Positions 49,441 through 64,000 of a stretch of DNA of 64,000 nt are shown one piece after another. The notes under the pieces are model-generated. The model had not been told where the DNA came from. It saw only the letters and a list, made by a program, of their open reading frames with translations, and ran no database searches. Source of the DNA: Vicugna vicugna (Eukaryota). The DNA lies in assembly GCA_013265495.1 (NCBI GenBank), contig MU058000.1, positions 496,001 to 560,000 on the forward strand, read 5' to 3'. Position 1 is the stretch's first letter. Every line of letters starts with the position of its first letter. The position numbers and the translations under genes were made by a program.

Positions 49441-52294
49441 AATTCAAAATATCTCTTAATTAAAAGAATAAATAATTAAGTAAAATGTTGCCCTCAGAAA
49501 TAGGTTTTTACTGTTTTGTGGATTTTTTAAAAAGTCACAAAAAATGAAAACTCTACAACTGGGTGGGTAAAATGTGTGATTTCTAGCATACGGTGAGATA
49601 AGACTTAATTTCGCTGATTCACTAACTTGAATCAAGTGGATTTATTGAAGGTTTCAAGAGCACCCGTCTTTGTCGTGATTATTAAATAATTAGGAAAGTA
49701 GCTGTATCCATCTTCCAGGCAGTTTGGAAAAATCATTTTATAACCTATTTCTAGTGGAAAATCTGCTGATAAACTTACATTTTCCTCAATCTACTTTAAA
49801 AATCTAAACATTTATAAACTTTCTTTGAATTAACATCTATTCAATTTTAATTTCACAGTAAATTTAAAGATGCATCAAAATCATGAATATCACCTTCCAT
49901 TATAGATTATTTTTCCTCAGTTACGTAATGGAATGTTAGTGGTAAGATACTTTATTGATAATTATCAAAGTAGAATAATTAAGATGTCTCTCACTGAAAT
50001 CAAGCCCTGATAATGGAGGAAATAATTTATTCTGTGAACTTCCAAACTATCACTGAAGAGTGAGTGTTAGTCCAAAAATCAGGACTTTAGAAGCTAAGGA
50101 TGTAATATATACCAAGAGCTTTGACAGCCTTTATACTTTTTTCACCCAGTAATTTCACTTCAATAATTTTTCTCTAAGAAAATAAACAGAGGAGTGAGGG
50201 AAAAAGTTCACATAAAAAGCCATTTGTCTCAGAATTAATTTATAGTAGCAAAAATGTGGAAACTACTCAAATGCTTAAGTAGAAGAATGGTTTAGTATGA
50301 AATACTGAGCAACCATTAGACGTCTTTTGTCATAGAGTAGTTAATCCCAGAGGAAATGCTTTTGACGTAATACTATTTTTAAAAAACCAAGATATACTAC
50401 AGAGAAGGAAAAAATTGATTTTCTTTGAATCATGGAACGATGGGAGATTTCACATCTTTTTGATGTGAATGTGGTTACAAGTTTTTACAATATAACTTTC
50501 ATAGTCAAATGAAATAAACTTTTAAAAAATTGAAGATTCCTTCAATATGAATTAACTTTGAAATTAATACTTGATGTTAAAATACATGGGTGATCTATTA
50601 TATGACAAAAGCCTGTTTATCATAAAATGTTGCTTCAAAATTATTTTACCTAATTCCTAGTCCCAGTTTCCACCTTGGTACTGTCCAGCATTAAGTAAAG
50701 TAACAAAATTATGGCTTTGCCAATATAGTCACATCTTTTTAAACTAATTAAATAACTAGTTACTAATTCCCTATAGTTCCCAGAGCATATGGGAAAGTTG
50801 AAAGTAATAGATGCCCAATAATTATTTGCTTAGTTTTAATAACTCTCTCCCTACTCTGCTCAGTAGAGTCAGCAGATCCAGTCGGAGTGGACCGCCTCCC
50901 ATTTTTTGAACTGTTGCCACTTAAGAGCAGACCAGAAACAAACTGGAAACCAGACCGGAGCACGAGATGAAAAGGATCTGGGACTGGCTGAGACTTGGGC
51001 TCATGGCTGATAATCTCATTCAGTGTCCTGTTTTGAGCAATAAGAAAAGTCTAGCTATGCTGGCTGGGGCAGCTTCTCTTCTCTTCAGGTGTTTTAACAC
51101 AGTCTCCCTGCCCAGTGCGAGACTGAAGCTGTCCCATCACCGTTGGTTCTATCTAACTTTGCAGGTGAAATGCCAACTTGACTTTATTGTCTCCCTCAAT
51201 TCTGTCCCAGGTTGGCATGCTTCACTCATGGACTGGGGATGTTTAGGGTGTGGGCAAGTATTTCTAAGGCTGAGGATCACAGTCAAATGCCGGGAACTAA
51301 TGCCTATTGAATAACCGAGATGGGAAGAAAACCAGTAGTTTGAAAGTTCCCTCGTGGGAGGGTTTAAGCCTTCATTGTCCCCTCTTTGGACTGCTGCCTC
51401 CTCCAACCACCATTCTCTCACCTTGCTGATTTCCCTTCCTCTTTGGGGTTTAGGCTGGGTACTGAGTACTGGCCACCATGCCATTTGTTTTGAACAAACC
51501 AGTCTCTCTTTCTTGGCCCTTACTGAGAATTAACAAAATTTTCTCAGAAGAAGAAAAAAACCAGAATCTAGAATATGATGAAATGAACCTAGTGTTATGC
51601 TAAATTATTCATCTGCTGGTTTGTGAAAACAGCGCATTGAGCATTGTTGTTAGACTTCTCATCTTAATGTCCATTTTATTTGAAATCCAATGAAGGATAA
51701 TTAAGCAATAGTGAGTATTTGTGTTTCTTTTAAGTTCTGGTCGATAATCTCCTTTAAACATTTTTTTAAATTTGTATTTGGAGTTAGAATTCCTAGCTTA
51801 AGGCCCAGAGTTGCCTCTGTGTAACAGTTGAAAGTGGGTCTTTTCATGAAGGGTCTTGGCTGGGTAAGGACCATGGCAGGCTAGTTTAGGATGAGTGGAC
51901 ACAACAGGCAAAAGTTTTGAGGTGAGGGTTTCTAAGAGTCTTGGGATATAAGCTGTTAAAGCACTGATGGGTCTTTCAAGAAGTTCCCACAATGAACTCT
52001 AAAGTTATTTGCCTGGGCAAAAGTTATGCTAATGAAGACAAGGGACCAGTAAGGTTATACAGATAATAGATAGCAAGCTGAGGAGGGGAAGATGGTAGAT
52101 GGTTTCTGTTCTCAGAGTTAATGCCACCCTCTCTCTTCCAAGGTCTGTTTCATATTCAGTGTCCTTAGTCAGATACCAAACCTAATGTTTTGTTTGTTTG
52201 TTTGGTTGGTTTTGGTTTTTAAAATTTTACAAACATTGCAGTACCTCCAGCCCCAAGTCTCTGATGTCTGCTCTAGCTTTCACTCCACTCGGAG

Positions 52295-52520
52295 AATAAC
52301 AATAATAAAACTGTCATCTATGGAGCCTTCACTGTAGCTAGGACACATACCGAACCCCTGAAAGACTATTTAATCCTCACAAGAGTCGCATGAAAGAGGT
52401 GCTATTATTGTCCCTGTTTTACAGACGAGGAAACTATGGCTCAGAGAGGTCAAGGAACTTGCCCAAGGTCATGTAGCCAGAAGGAACAGAGCCAACATTT
52501 GATCTCAGTCCCATCCGACT
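52295..52520 (-). mobile_element. MIR
   Basis: ctgttttacagacgaggaaactatggctcagagaggtcaaggaacttgcccaaggtca. Confidence 0.9.
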
Positions 52521-52880
52521 ATTCAGTAATAAAAAAGGAGCAAATTACTGATACATGCTACGCTGCGGATGAACCTCTCCGGCAGTATGCTAAATGAAAG
52601 AGGCCAGACACACAAGACTACATGTTTATGATTCCATTATATGAAATGTCCAGACAAGGCAAAGTTAGAGGTAGAAAACAGATCAGTGGTTCCTAGGCAT
52701 GGGGAGTGGGGTGGGAATAAATTGCAAATGTACATACGATTACTTTCGTCATTGATAGAAATGTTTTAAAACTAGATTGTGACAATGGCATAATTCTGTA
52801 AGTTCACTAAAAACCATCTAATTGCAATGCATAAATTTTATGAAAATTCGCCTTCAATAAAACTATTTTTAAAAAAAATC
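52520..52880 (+). mobile_element. L1MB/ME-like 3' end
   Basis: tatgctaaatgaaagaggccagacacacaagactacatg...atgaaatgtccaga...cttcaataaaactattttt. Confidence 0.85.
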
Positions 52881-53688
52881 TCAGAGCTCAGATTCTAAGT
52901 CTTCTAGTTGTTACCACCAATGATTGGATGGATTCAGGTTCCTTTAGGAATCAAGCCTTAGGTGCCATCCAGACGGGAGTGGGCTGTAGGTCTAAGTTCT
53001 CCTACCCTCTTCACAGAAGCATATGGAGAGCCTTTATACTCTTTAACCAATCTACACATATTGAATACATTGTATTCTACCAATGAGAACCTATTTCTAA
53101 CAGGCACTAATCTCACTAATGCTAACTGTGCATTTTGATTAGCATCGTATATAAACCTAAGTATATAAGTTATAAACATATGATGTCACCGCATGTGCTG
53201 AAGAGTTTTAAGTTACTGATAACAGAAGAATAAACTCAAGTGAACAGTTAATACTCACTACCTCTTCTACCCCTGAAACAGCAATTGACAGAGGAACCTC
53301 GCTGACCTTACTGCCTTGCTGTCGTCCATTATGTCATCCACTCAAACGCCCACTCCAGGGCCAGGTTATTTGCTGCTGCCTCAACAAACCTTTGGAAAGG
53401 TTTTTATTTTGCTATTTGAGTCTAAAAGGAAAAATAAGGCTCTAAGACTACAACCAAGAGAAATGTTGCCTGTAAATTTAAATGGCCTGAAACTAAGTCA
53501 ATGATGGGGTGGGTGGAACAGCCATCGCGTCCCTGCAAGGAGGCAGAAGTAGCTTGTTGTTGTGAATGGGACTGACTCCTGGCAGAAGCAGCCCCTGGGG
53601 CACCATGTAAATGTGTGTTCTTCTCATGAACATTTCTTAAACCTGATTCATGTTGTTTCATCTTTCATAAAAACGGAAATGGATATGA

Positions 53689-53796
<108 letters not shown>

Positions 53797-55702
53797 TAAG
53801 TATTAACTCCTCTCCATCCTACCTTATTTTTTAAGAGAAGTATGATGTAGGACTGTCCGCAGGATGATGTGGGCCAGGGCCATTATAGTGTTGTAAGGCC
53901 CGGGGCAAATCCCATCCTGTGACTTACTCCCCACCTTCTCCCATGGGATAAAGTATCAGATGAAATGATCCACATTTTAAAAATCTATTCAAAAGTCAGC
54001 ACATAGTGCTGGGACCAGAGACATGAGGGAGAAAATACTATCATTTTCTGTAGCCTTTAAATGGGACATAACAGAACAAAACAAAACGAAAAACTCTGAG
54101 AGCCCACCAGTCAATTTTGTTAGGAAATGGGTATCACGACAATATTAGAGTGACTGTTAAAGAAAAACAAACAAACAAAAAAGGATAAAATCCAATCTCT
54201 TGGAGGTTGGGAGGGACAGAAATGGAAGGGACGGCACTTACTTTGCCATAGTGACCCCCGTGAGCTAATGGTAACCACCACGAGAGCAGGAACCACAACA
54301 TCCTTGTTCTTTGTTGCATCTCTACTGCCCAGTGCAGAGTAGGTGCTCAGTAAAGGTGTGTTCAATGAATGTACGTGTATGGCCTCAGATCCTCGGGGCA
54401 GCTTCCCTCCTTCCCTTCTTTCCTGATCACATGCATTGTGAAAGATTATGAGGGGGGAAAAGTCAATCTTAATCCAGATATCCAGAAGTAATCACTATTG
54501 ATGTATTATTTCATTTCTTTTATGAAATGTCTTTAAGGATGAATAGAAAAGTTATCCAGGAAGAGGAGGGGGAGGGATAGAAGAGAAATACAGGTGGATG
54601 GAATAGCATGATAAAGACACAAAGGTATGGAACCACATGGATTGTCTAGTGAACTAAGAATAGTTCAGTGTTGAAGAGGTAGGAGTGAGAGATGCCAGGA
54701 GAAAAGAAGATATGGATGGGCTATGTGGCTGAAGGGGTATCTGGGGAGTAATAGAAATTATGGCACAAGGATGTGGCTCCTGGATGGACTTTGAGTTTCA
54801 GTCCGTCAATAATTCTTTGATATGATGGTCCCCTACTATGTACAAGGCCCTGTGGGGAACATGTAAGATAGTGAAACATTTCCTTGCCTTCAAGAGGCTT
54901 ACAATCTAGTTAAGGAATCCATTACATATGGAATTGAAAAGTTCCTTCCCTACAGGAGAAAAATGGTAAGTGACAAATGAGAGGCAACATGCATTATCTG
55001 GGGTGCAGGTAATTAGAGGAGACAGCAAAAAGGTCTTGAAGAACAGAGAGGTCCTGGTCCAAGTCCCTAATCTGGCATTTGCAGTCCTTTTCTGTTTAGC
55101 CTCTACTTAGCTCTTGGGCCTTTCCCTCCCTACTCTTTCCCACATGATCCACTGTTGCAGCTGAACTAGTTTGTTTACTGTTCTTCAGATATACCTTACG
55201 GAACCTCACTTCTCTCCTTTGTTATTTGGAATATCCCATTTGCTCTTTTTGAGACTTGCTTCCTCTTTAAATCTGTGCCTTCCCTTCTAGAAGGAGTCAG
55301 GTCAGAATTTGCCTTAGTAGGTGCATCAATGAAACTAGACTTTCCTCTCCAAGAAGACTTTCTTAAAAGGTTTACTGATAGTGACAAGTTCTCACCATGT
55401 CATGCCAAAGCATTTTAGAAAAAGAATCACTCCTTCCACTACCTACGTTCTAGTAGCTGCAACGAATGTTAAACCAACTAAATCTGAGAGGAGTCCAGAG
55501 GCTGACACCTCTGGTATCTTACACATATGTTTTAATCTTGACATTTTGCCCTGATGACACATGGTTTAGAAAGTGAAGACATTGTCTTTGACTCATTTCC
55601 TTCCTTGTCTGGACATACTTGTTACGGTACTGCTGCTGTGGTTATTCTCAGGTGACTGCCATGGGGAAACCATTCTTGGTAAAATAATGAACACAATATA
55701 AT

Positions 55703-55827
55703 GTAGTTTGAAAAAGGAAGCCTGGCTTGGAGTTGAGTAATCATATTGTCTTCCTGTCTCATCCTTCCCTTATTCCACCCTCCCCTCTCCATAACACATA
55801 ATGTTCTCCAGTTAAAACAAAGAAATA

Positions 55828-55868
<41 letters not shown>

Positions 55869-56005
55869 CATATATACTCACAAGTAGTTTGAAAAAGGAA
55901 GCCTGGCTTGGAGTTGAGTAATCATATTGTCTTCCTGTCTCATCCTTCCCTTATTCCACCCTCCCCTCTCCATAACACATAATGTTCTCCAGTTAAAACA
56001 AAGAT

Positions 56006-56042
<37 letters not shown>

Positions 56043-56046
56043 AGAA
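55703..56046. repeat. Tandem duplication, period 181 bp, each copy ending in a (CA)n microsatellite
   Basis: 55703-55823 is identical to 55884-56004 (121 bp). Followed by (CA)17 and (AC)15 respectively, each then followed by gaaaga. Confidence 0.95.
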
Positions 56047-56313
56047 ACCTAAATTCCCATTTCTAGGTTCAAACAATCCTCAGATTCTTCTAAAATGAAA
56101 AGATGTGTTGACACTGCTGGACTGGATTAGGTTCTTATACCTTGAGGGAGCATTGTCTCTTCCAGGGGTTGGAACTAGCCATGGTCTTTCAGACATTCAA
56201 TGATTTGACCCCAGTCTGACTTCAGAACACATGCTTTCAGCTATTACATTATTCTACTTCCTATGAGTTGGTTTTCCTACCTTACTTCTGTTCTTCTTTT
56301 TCTTGTACTTTAG

Positions 56314-56388
56314 TGGCATTTTCAACACTGGACTTAGAGTATTCCCAGACCTGACCAAAGTTTATTCCACTGATGTATTCTTCATACT
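56314..56388 (+). CDS. TSHR: TSHR coding exon 5 (75 nt): (L)[24 protein letters not shown](L)
   Basis: Long pyrimidine tract ending tactttag, donor gtaagt. In frame. Matches [29 protein letters not shown]. Confidence 0.98.
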
Positions 56389-56429
56389 GTAAGTGTGCAC
56401 ACATGCAATACTTGCCAATATTTTACTTG

Positions 56430-56830
56430 TCACTGACAAGAACTAGGGTGCAGCCATAGGGGCTGGTTGAAAACAGGTGAACCAATTGTTTCAAGGAGGA
56501 AGCAGTGATCAGCTGTGATGAATGCACTGATGGATGAAGTAAGGCAAGGACTGAGAAATGGCCATTGGGTTTAGTAATAAGGGACATTAGTGATTCTGAA
56601 AAGAACAGTTCCAGTGGAACTCTGGGGGTGGAGAAGTCTGGTTGGAGTGGGCTCAAGGAAGAATCAGAAGGGGGATTAAAGAGAGTGACCATAACAAACT
56701 CTTCTGGGAAGTTTAACTATTAAAAGGCAGCAGAAAATATCTCAGTAGTCGGAGCATATCAAATAAAGAGAAAAATTTCTTAATGGAAGACACTATGGCA
56801 TGTTTGTTTGCTGATGGGAGTGACTGAACA
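56430..56830 (-). mobile_element. L2 fragment
   Basis: aggactgagaaatggccattgggtttagtaataagggacattagtga. Confidence 0.8.
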
Positions 56831-57703
56831 GAAGTAAACTGGATGATAATGATGGTACTTATTTTTCACAAAGCTTTTCAAATACTTGCCCATGCATAAT
56901 CATGTTTACTCCTCTCAACCACTTTACAAGGCATCAAAGGAAGTTATAATTTTTCCACTCCATAAATGAGAAAATGGAGGAAGAGAAGACCTAGGTGATT
57001 TTGTCTGAGCAGAATCCCAAGGAGCAGCCATGAGTGGTGCTCAGACTACTCCCTGTGACTTCTGACTGGGGCCATGCGCTCTTTTCCAAAACCCATGCCA
57101 TGGTCAAGTGACTTACTAGTTGTACTGAAGCGAAAGAACATAGACAGAGTTACAGGTTTACAGTTTGTACTATAGAATCAGCAAAATGTAGAATGATAGG
57201 ATCTAAACTCTTGGGATTTTGCTAGGAAAAAAAAAATGCCCATGCTTCTTTGCTGAGGATGAGCTCAGTTCAAAATATAGGCCATCCTCCAGCAACTAGA
57301 CTGGCATAGAAATGTTCTCCAGAAGCATCTATCTGACAGTGTTTTGCAAGTGGAGGACACTCTAGTCATACTCATGAAATAAAATCCGTTGATCCCATTC
57401 TACCAACCCTTTTTAAGGGTTCCATACACCAAGAAAACTACTTGCTCTGGACAAAGTATTTGTCAGAGATTCACAAGAACTTCTCTGCGACCCACCTGCT
57501 CCCCTTGCAGATGAGGATTGTCGGGAATCCCAGCCCACACCCAAAGCTCACTTGCTTACTACACATTTGGTGCTCCGAGTGCATGGCCACCTAGAACAGC
57601 TCTCACCACTCACCAGACCTCTGAGCCTCCAATAGCTAGGAAGGGTCAATGACACGTGAAAAGAAATAAGATAGAACTGAACTGCATCAGGTTATTTATT
57701 TAA

Positions 57704-57859
<156 letters not shown>

Positions 57860-58069
57860 TGAGTATTGCCAGTTCCACTCCTGCGAACAACTGAATTTTT
57901 ATTTGGGCCATTGTCACATTTTCACAGGCCATCCAAGAACCAGACCACCATACAGTATGTGCTCTATGATCCGCCAAGGGTTTCACGTAGTTCAGTAAGA
58001 GTAGCGCCTTACAGTGTGGCACTCTATAGATGACAAAATGGTTTAGGTAACAAGATGACAGTATTCCCT

Positions 58070-58265
58070 TACAGAAATGGCAGCACACTTTATCTGTAAA
58101 GGGTCATTCAGGTTTTACAGGCCACATGGCCTTTGTGGCAACTGCTCAGCTCTGCATTAGGGCAAAAGCAGCCATACAAAAGACCTAAACTAATGAGCAT
58201 GGCTATGTTCCAATAAAATTTTATCTACAGAAACAGGCAGTGGGCCAGATTTGGCCTGCAGGCCT
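58070..58265. mobile_element. MER58A-like hAT-Charlie MITE
   Basis: tctgtaaagggtca...gcaactgctcagctctgc...atggctatgttccaataaaattttat...gggccagatttggcctgcaggcc. Confidence 0.88.
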
Positions 58266-59899
58266 TATAATGGAATATTCTGTATTCTGGTGTCCGCATG
58301 GTACAGAGGAAGAACTGAGGTTAAAGCAAGTTTAAGTGACTTTCCCAAGGTCCTGAGCTAGAAAGGAGTGCTGCTAAGGGCTGTTCATACTCTGCACTCA
58401 CACTTCAGCTGTGTCATCCCAACGATTATTAAGCTCCTTTGAAGGGATATTGTCTAGAAAACATAGTGCTGCTCTGCATCATCATTCTTCCAGAGTTGGA
58501 ATGGGTTCTGCTCTTTAGTTGTTCAGAAAGAGATGCTTTCTTAGGGAGATTCACAAAATGTTCTCACAAAGGATACCTAACAGAGGTATGAGAGATAAGG
58601 TAATTCCCCAAGCCAGTAACGAATTCCCCTCTCTGATTAAATTAGCCACAAAGTGGAGCTGAGTCTGTGTCCAAAGGATCGCTCCCCTCTAGTGTCAGGA
58701 CCACTGCCCACGTTCAGACCTAGACTCTCACCAGCTCCCTTTCTCTGGTCAGCTACCGTCCAGGGGTTCTTCACCATCCACAAACTTGATTGAGTTATTC
58801 CTTAGCAAAAATGATCCAAGCCTCCACACAGCTCTTTGAAGGGGCTGTTTCCAAGCATCTCAATCAATCCATTTTGGCCCTGTGAAGCCCTCTCAACCTC
58901 TGGGATCTACCACAGCGGAGCATTTCAATTCATCCCTGAAATGTTGGGGGAGCTGTCTTGAAAAGACAAGAGACTTTTTCCCAGCAACCATTTCATTTGA
59001 CAACTCAGCAAAGACCTGGGGTCTTAGCGTGCTCAGGCCCAAACCGCAAGCTTACCTCCCCAGTAAAGGTTTCCATTGCATCATTTCCCACTCATCCTAT
59101 GTAAATGCCAGTCTCAGTTTCTTTTCAGAATGTTACCTTCAACTTTTGGCGTTTTTTCCTAAGGATCCCGTATCCCAAGCAGCTCTCTAAAGTGAAAGCT
59201 GCTCTTTGTCTCCACCCAGCATGGTACCCAGGAGGCATTTGACAAATCTCTGAATAAGGGAACCTCAACCTTCCTGAAATCTAAAGGTGAGGATAGCATA
59301 GGTTGTCCATTATCTTTTCAGATGGTCATTTCTACAATCTTGCAGAAGTCCTTGCTTCTTTGAGGCTCAGCCTCCAACAACTATAAACATGAAAAGTTAT
59401 GCGTCCAACAGCAAAATTCATATCCCTGGTAGGATAGACTTTCAATCAAAGTTTGTGATCCTTTGTTCTTTCTTTCCTATGTTTTTCTTCCTTCACTGTT
59501 TTCCCTTTTTGAGGCCTACTTGTTCAATAAGAGTTTTATTTAATCTCTGAAATGTAATTCCCACAAAGAATATTTTTATTGTCTAGGCCCTCTCAGCAAA
59601 GTTTGGGTAAATAGAAACATCAAATGTGCAATTCTCACATCATCATAAAAAAGCTCTAGTTCAGAAAAAAATTATCTATCAGAGTTTTCGCAGTCTCTGT
59701 GCTTAATGTCCCTGTACATTGCTGTCCTCCCCTAGGACACCTTAGTAGCTGGACTTTAACTCATTGTGCAAGTATTTAAAACAAAACCCCCCAAAAAAGG
59801 ATTACTTCTCAGTTCCCCACAACTGCATAAGATAAATCCAAGTTTTCAAGATATTCCTTTTAACACGGTCATCTCTTAAGTGTCCACACCTCACTGTGT

Positions 59900-60430
59900 T
59901 AAATATATAACTATTCTGTCCTCCCAGTAACTTTTGGATTAGGTATCATTTTATCATATTTTTGCAGACAAGGAAAATGAGGATAATAGAGGTTGAGAAA
60001 TTCTCAGGATCATCTACTATGAAATGACAGAGCCAGATCTAATTCCAAAAATCAGAGTCTCTTGTGTGCTTCTTCCTGTATTACCAGAGTTGATGGGAGG
60101 CATACTACGGTAGCTTTCCCTGCAATCATCACTGGCTGTGCCTGACTGTGGTCATGGCAGCCTTCTCTTACCTCGTGCCAGTAGCCCCCAGGGACCCCCA
60201 TGCATTCCTGTGCCGACCAGCGTTCCCGTGGCTGGAGCTCCTCTTCCAGCAGAAAGTGTGTGTGCTTTTGGGGTGGAAAGAATTGCTTTTGAGGTCAGAA
60301 ATCCTGATTCCCTGACTGCTGTTTGTCAATGAGGCTTTGGCAAATCACCTCCATAGCTCAATAACTTGATTAGGAAATAGAGGAGATAACATTTCGGTCC
60401 AGCCCCTGGAATCACTGTATGAATTAATTG
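59900..60430. mobile_element. MIR fragments
   Basis: tttgcagacaaggaaaatgaggataatagaggttgagaaatt; gctttggcaaatcacct. Confidence 0.6.
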
Positions 60431-60770
60431 GTTGCAGAAACATAGCAACAAGTTAAAACATTAACATTTCTGCGAAATGCCATGGTCTATCTATTTTCTT
60501 AGATTTGTTTTTGAAGTTCAATTTAATTCAGTCCTCAACCATTGAAGTATTTAATCTATGATAAGCCCTGAGAATTTAAAAAAATATATGAGATACAAAT
60601 GTGAAATAACATTTTAAATAGAAAAAATGTAAAACTTATGCATTCAGATGAATAATGTCTTTTACAGTGTTTGTCTTGAGAAACTGGTCTTATTTCTCCA
60701 TTATTGACATTGTGTTGACTATTACCTGAAACTCCTGTTTTTTTGAGTATATGTAGAACATTTTTTTTAA

Positions 60771-61118
<348 letters not shown>

Positions 61119-62449
61119 TAAGTCAACTGTTGCCATGGACACCACTAATCACCCCCCCCCACTCCTACCTCCAAGAAGAACCATCCAATGGGTCAGAATA
61201 CTGTTAGAGATAGGTTCTACCAGAGCATTTCACAACCCCAGAGTTAGTATGGCCAAGACTTAAGAATAATGTTAAGAAACTTGGCAAAAGCCAGCTTCAG
61301 TGGACATTTACATTTACTCCAATTTTAAATCTCAAAGCTTTTATCCTTGATAAAATGGAGAACCATGGTGTCACCCCCAGTTATCTTGTAGGAATGTGTG
61401 TCTGTGTGCACGCATGTGTGTGCATGCGCATGTTCATCTCCTATGCATATGCGGGGGTGTCTTTAATTAAGTCAAAAGCTATTCGAAAGGTAAGATTTTT
61501 CTTTCTGTTTTTTCTGACATGTTTTCAGGAAAGGTGTCAGTTTATATTTGATTCAGTCAGAAATAGCTGAAAAACCATTTCCAGCATTTTGCCTTCCCTG
61601 CAAATAATTAATACTTAGAACAAGATGTTGGCAAAAAGATAGCCGTTAACACAGGTTTCTGTCCTTGTTGTACTTTCTTATCAAGTCTCTGTGGTCCCCA
61701 GACTCTATGCCATGGCATACTTTGTGTCTAAGAGCTGGTAGACTGGTTCAGCCACACTGGTGTGTGTTTTAACCTAATAGCTAATAAATGAAAATTAGCT
61801 TTAGTAGAGTCCACTTTCCACAATATGGTGGACTAGGTAATTTGTAGGACCTTCCTGCTACCAAACAACTAGACCATACATTTTAAAAAATTACATTTTA
61901 TGTCATAGCTCCAAGAGAAGGAAATGAAACAAAGTAACAAACTACTAGCTAAAACCAAAGTTCTGGGTGCTTACAGAGGGTGCAGTTCCTTCGGGGGCAG
62001 TTGCTGACATCAGTGGTGCCAGGAGACTAGACTTTAGTCAGTGAAAAGATGGGGAAGTGATGTAAACCAGAGGGTCCTGGCAGAAATAAATGCAAACCTC
62101 TATAGAGGAAAGAACCCCAGTGCAGGCTGCCAGATTTTTAAAATGTTGAGATCAGTTAAATAGGTGCTCACAGTCAATCACACATAGGAGAAGAAAAAAA
62201 TCACCATGGGTAAGTCAGCTAAAGCAACAAACAGATTTCTGTGTTTGACTTGTTTTATAGCAGTTTGAGTGTTTTTAAGCAATTTTTTTCACTTCCAGAA
62301 GTTCTGTTTGCTTTGTTTTTTAATTTGCTGCTCATTTTGGTAATTCTCTTTTTTTTTCCCCTTTACACACTTTATATGTAGTTATTTTATATTCTGGAAC
62401 TGATTATTGCAAAATCTGAAGGACCTATGGTTCTAACTCTGTTGTGCTG

Positions 62450-62610
62450 TACAGTGCTTTATTTACAGAGCATATAAACTATATGGGGGATCTTGTTAAA
62501 ATGCACAATATGATTAAGTAGATCTGGGGTGAGCCCCAGGATTCCGCATTTTTAACAAGCTCTCAGATGATACTGATGCTTTTGGTCCACTGACCAAACT
62601 TCGGCAGGGT
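62450..62610. mobile_element. MER5A-like MITE
   Basis: ggatcttgttaaaatgca...agtagatctggggtgagccccaggattccgcatttttaacaagctc...tgatgcttttggtcca. Confidence 0.85.
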
Positions 62611-63059
62611 GAGGTAAATAACCTGCAGAACTATATGCAAGGGCCCCGGATGCAAAAAAAAAAAAAAAAATCCCCACACATGTGGATTAAGTGGTTTTAT
62701 TCTGGTTTTGGGATTAGGTGGTGGGTGCTGCTATGATTCCATTCTTAAATAATAAATGCTAATAAGTTTTGAAGTCATTATACCTTGGCATGGCTTCCTA
62801 AGTTCTGTTTGAAGAGGGGTCTCACTCTTTGCCAGGCTTTTGGGTTTCCTAGTATTCTTTATCAAGTGAAGATCAGAGTACCTTTCTCTAGATTGTCTAA
62901 TTGTGGGCTCATTCAAGTTGATATTAGTCATTTGTTTAAATACATAATTATAGGGAAAGTCTAAAAAGACTCAGTAGAGTAGCATGCATATTTACAGGCA
63001 TCAAATTTATTTATAGTATTGGAGAGACCCATTCCATCTGAGCTTTATCGTACAAACCT

Positions 63060-63200
63060 CACACAGTCCTTCATTTATTTTTCAACATATTTATTGAACA
63101 CCTTCAGTGATCCTAGTACTGTTCTGGTCACTGGCAATACGAAGATGGGCAAGACTAATGTGCCCCATGCCCATACTGAACACACAGTGGGGTCAGCTTG
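63060..63200 (-). mobile_element. L2 3' terminus
   Basis: ttcatttatttttcaacatatttattgaacacc...actgttctggtcactgg. Confidence 0.75.
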
Positions 63201-64000
63201 AGGGTGGCAATGTCACGAGTCAGAATACATTAGGAAGAAATGTACTCAATCCAAAATATGCATTTCAGATTGAAAATAACTGAACACTAAGTACCCCTAC
63301 TTGGAGACATATTCATGATTTTCCCTAGATTGATCACACTTTAAAAAATCATTGGGATTCAAATTTAATATTACATGAATCTAACCAAATATTTTCCTCT
63401 TTAACTATTCCTAGAAAGCCATTATTCTTAGGGAAATGATCTTCCCAATTCAAATTTTCTATGAAAATTTTCTATGATGTGGGGAATTGGGACTTTTCAA
63501 AATAATTAAGACAGTTTGTAATACTTCAGGTACAAAGATTTCAGAAGACTGTCACACTGTTCTAGACATCATAGTCATCAAGCTGTTAGCATTAAGGCAG
63601 CAGACAACCACATTAGCAAGAGCTAGGGTTGGAACAGTGAAGAAACTTTCAACCAGGGAGACCAAAGCTGATCATATGGCTTCTGAATTCGGTGTGTTCA
63701 GCTGTCTCTTGCCTGAACCCAAACTACATTTCCAGAATTCTGAATGGGAAAAAGGACCAGAAACCAACCTTGGCTATAGAGTAATTCATTTCTAAAACTT
63801 TTATTTTCCCTCAAGCAAAGGATTTTAATGCCCAAGATGAGGATCTGTGCTCCTAATTCTTTTCTTCTTTATCCTGTCATATTTAGTCATTAGGGAGTGT
63901 CACCCTCAATCACTCTCAGTTATCATTTTTTTAAAGACAGAAATTCGGGCATAAAATTCAGACTTTAAGTTCTGCAGAGCACGGTTCTCAGTATTGACTG

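Overview
Mammalian genomic DNA, AT-rich and dense in repeats. It is most likely from a camelid, inferred from tRNA-Ala-derived vic-1-type SINEs. The window is the middle of the thyrotropin receptor gene (TSHR) on the + strand: the last ~35.7 kb of intron 1, then coding exons 2-7 (72, 75, 75, 75, 78 and 69 nt; all AG/GT-bounded; all introns phase 2), then the start of intron 7. These exons encode most of the leucine-rich-repeat hormone-binding domain. Exons 1 and 8-10 lie outside the window. The rest is intronic L1, L2, MIR, MaLR/ERVL/ERV1 LTRs, hAT and Tigger DNA-transposon relics, SINEs and microsatellites. Nearly all ORFs in the supplied track are spurious or decayed L1 ORF2 pieces. I found no new multi-gene system, CRISPR array or prokaryotic element. 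The best leads are: a candidate recursive-splice/poison exon in intron 1; a tailless 5'-half tRNA-Glu retrocopy with a target-site duplication (TSD); young L1s with short 3'-transduction-like tails; a 181-bp tandem duplication near exon 5; and TSHR substitutions. Repeat subfamily names are from memory, and boundaries of old repeats are approximate.
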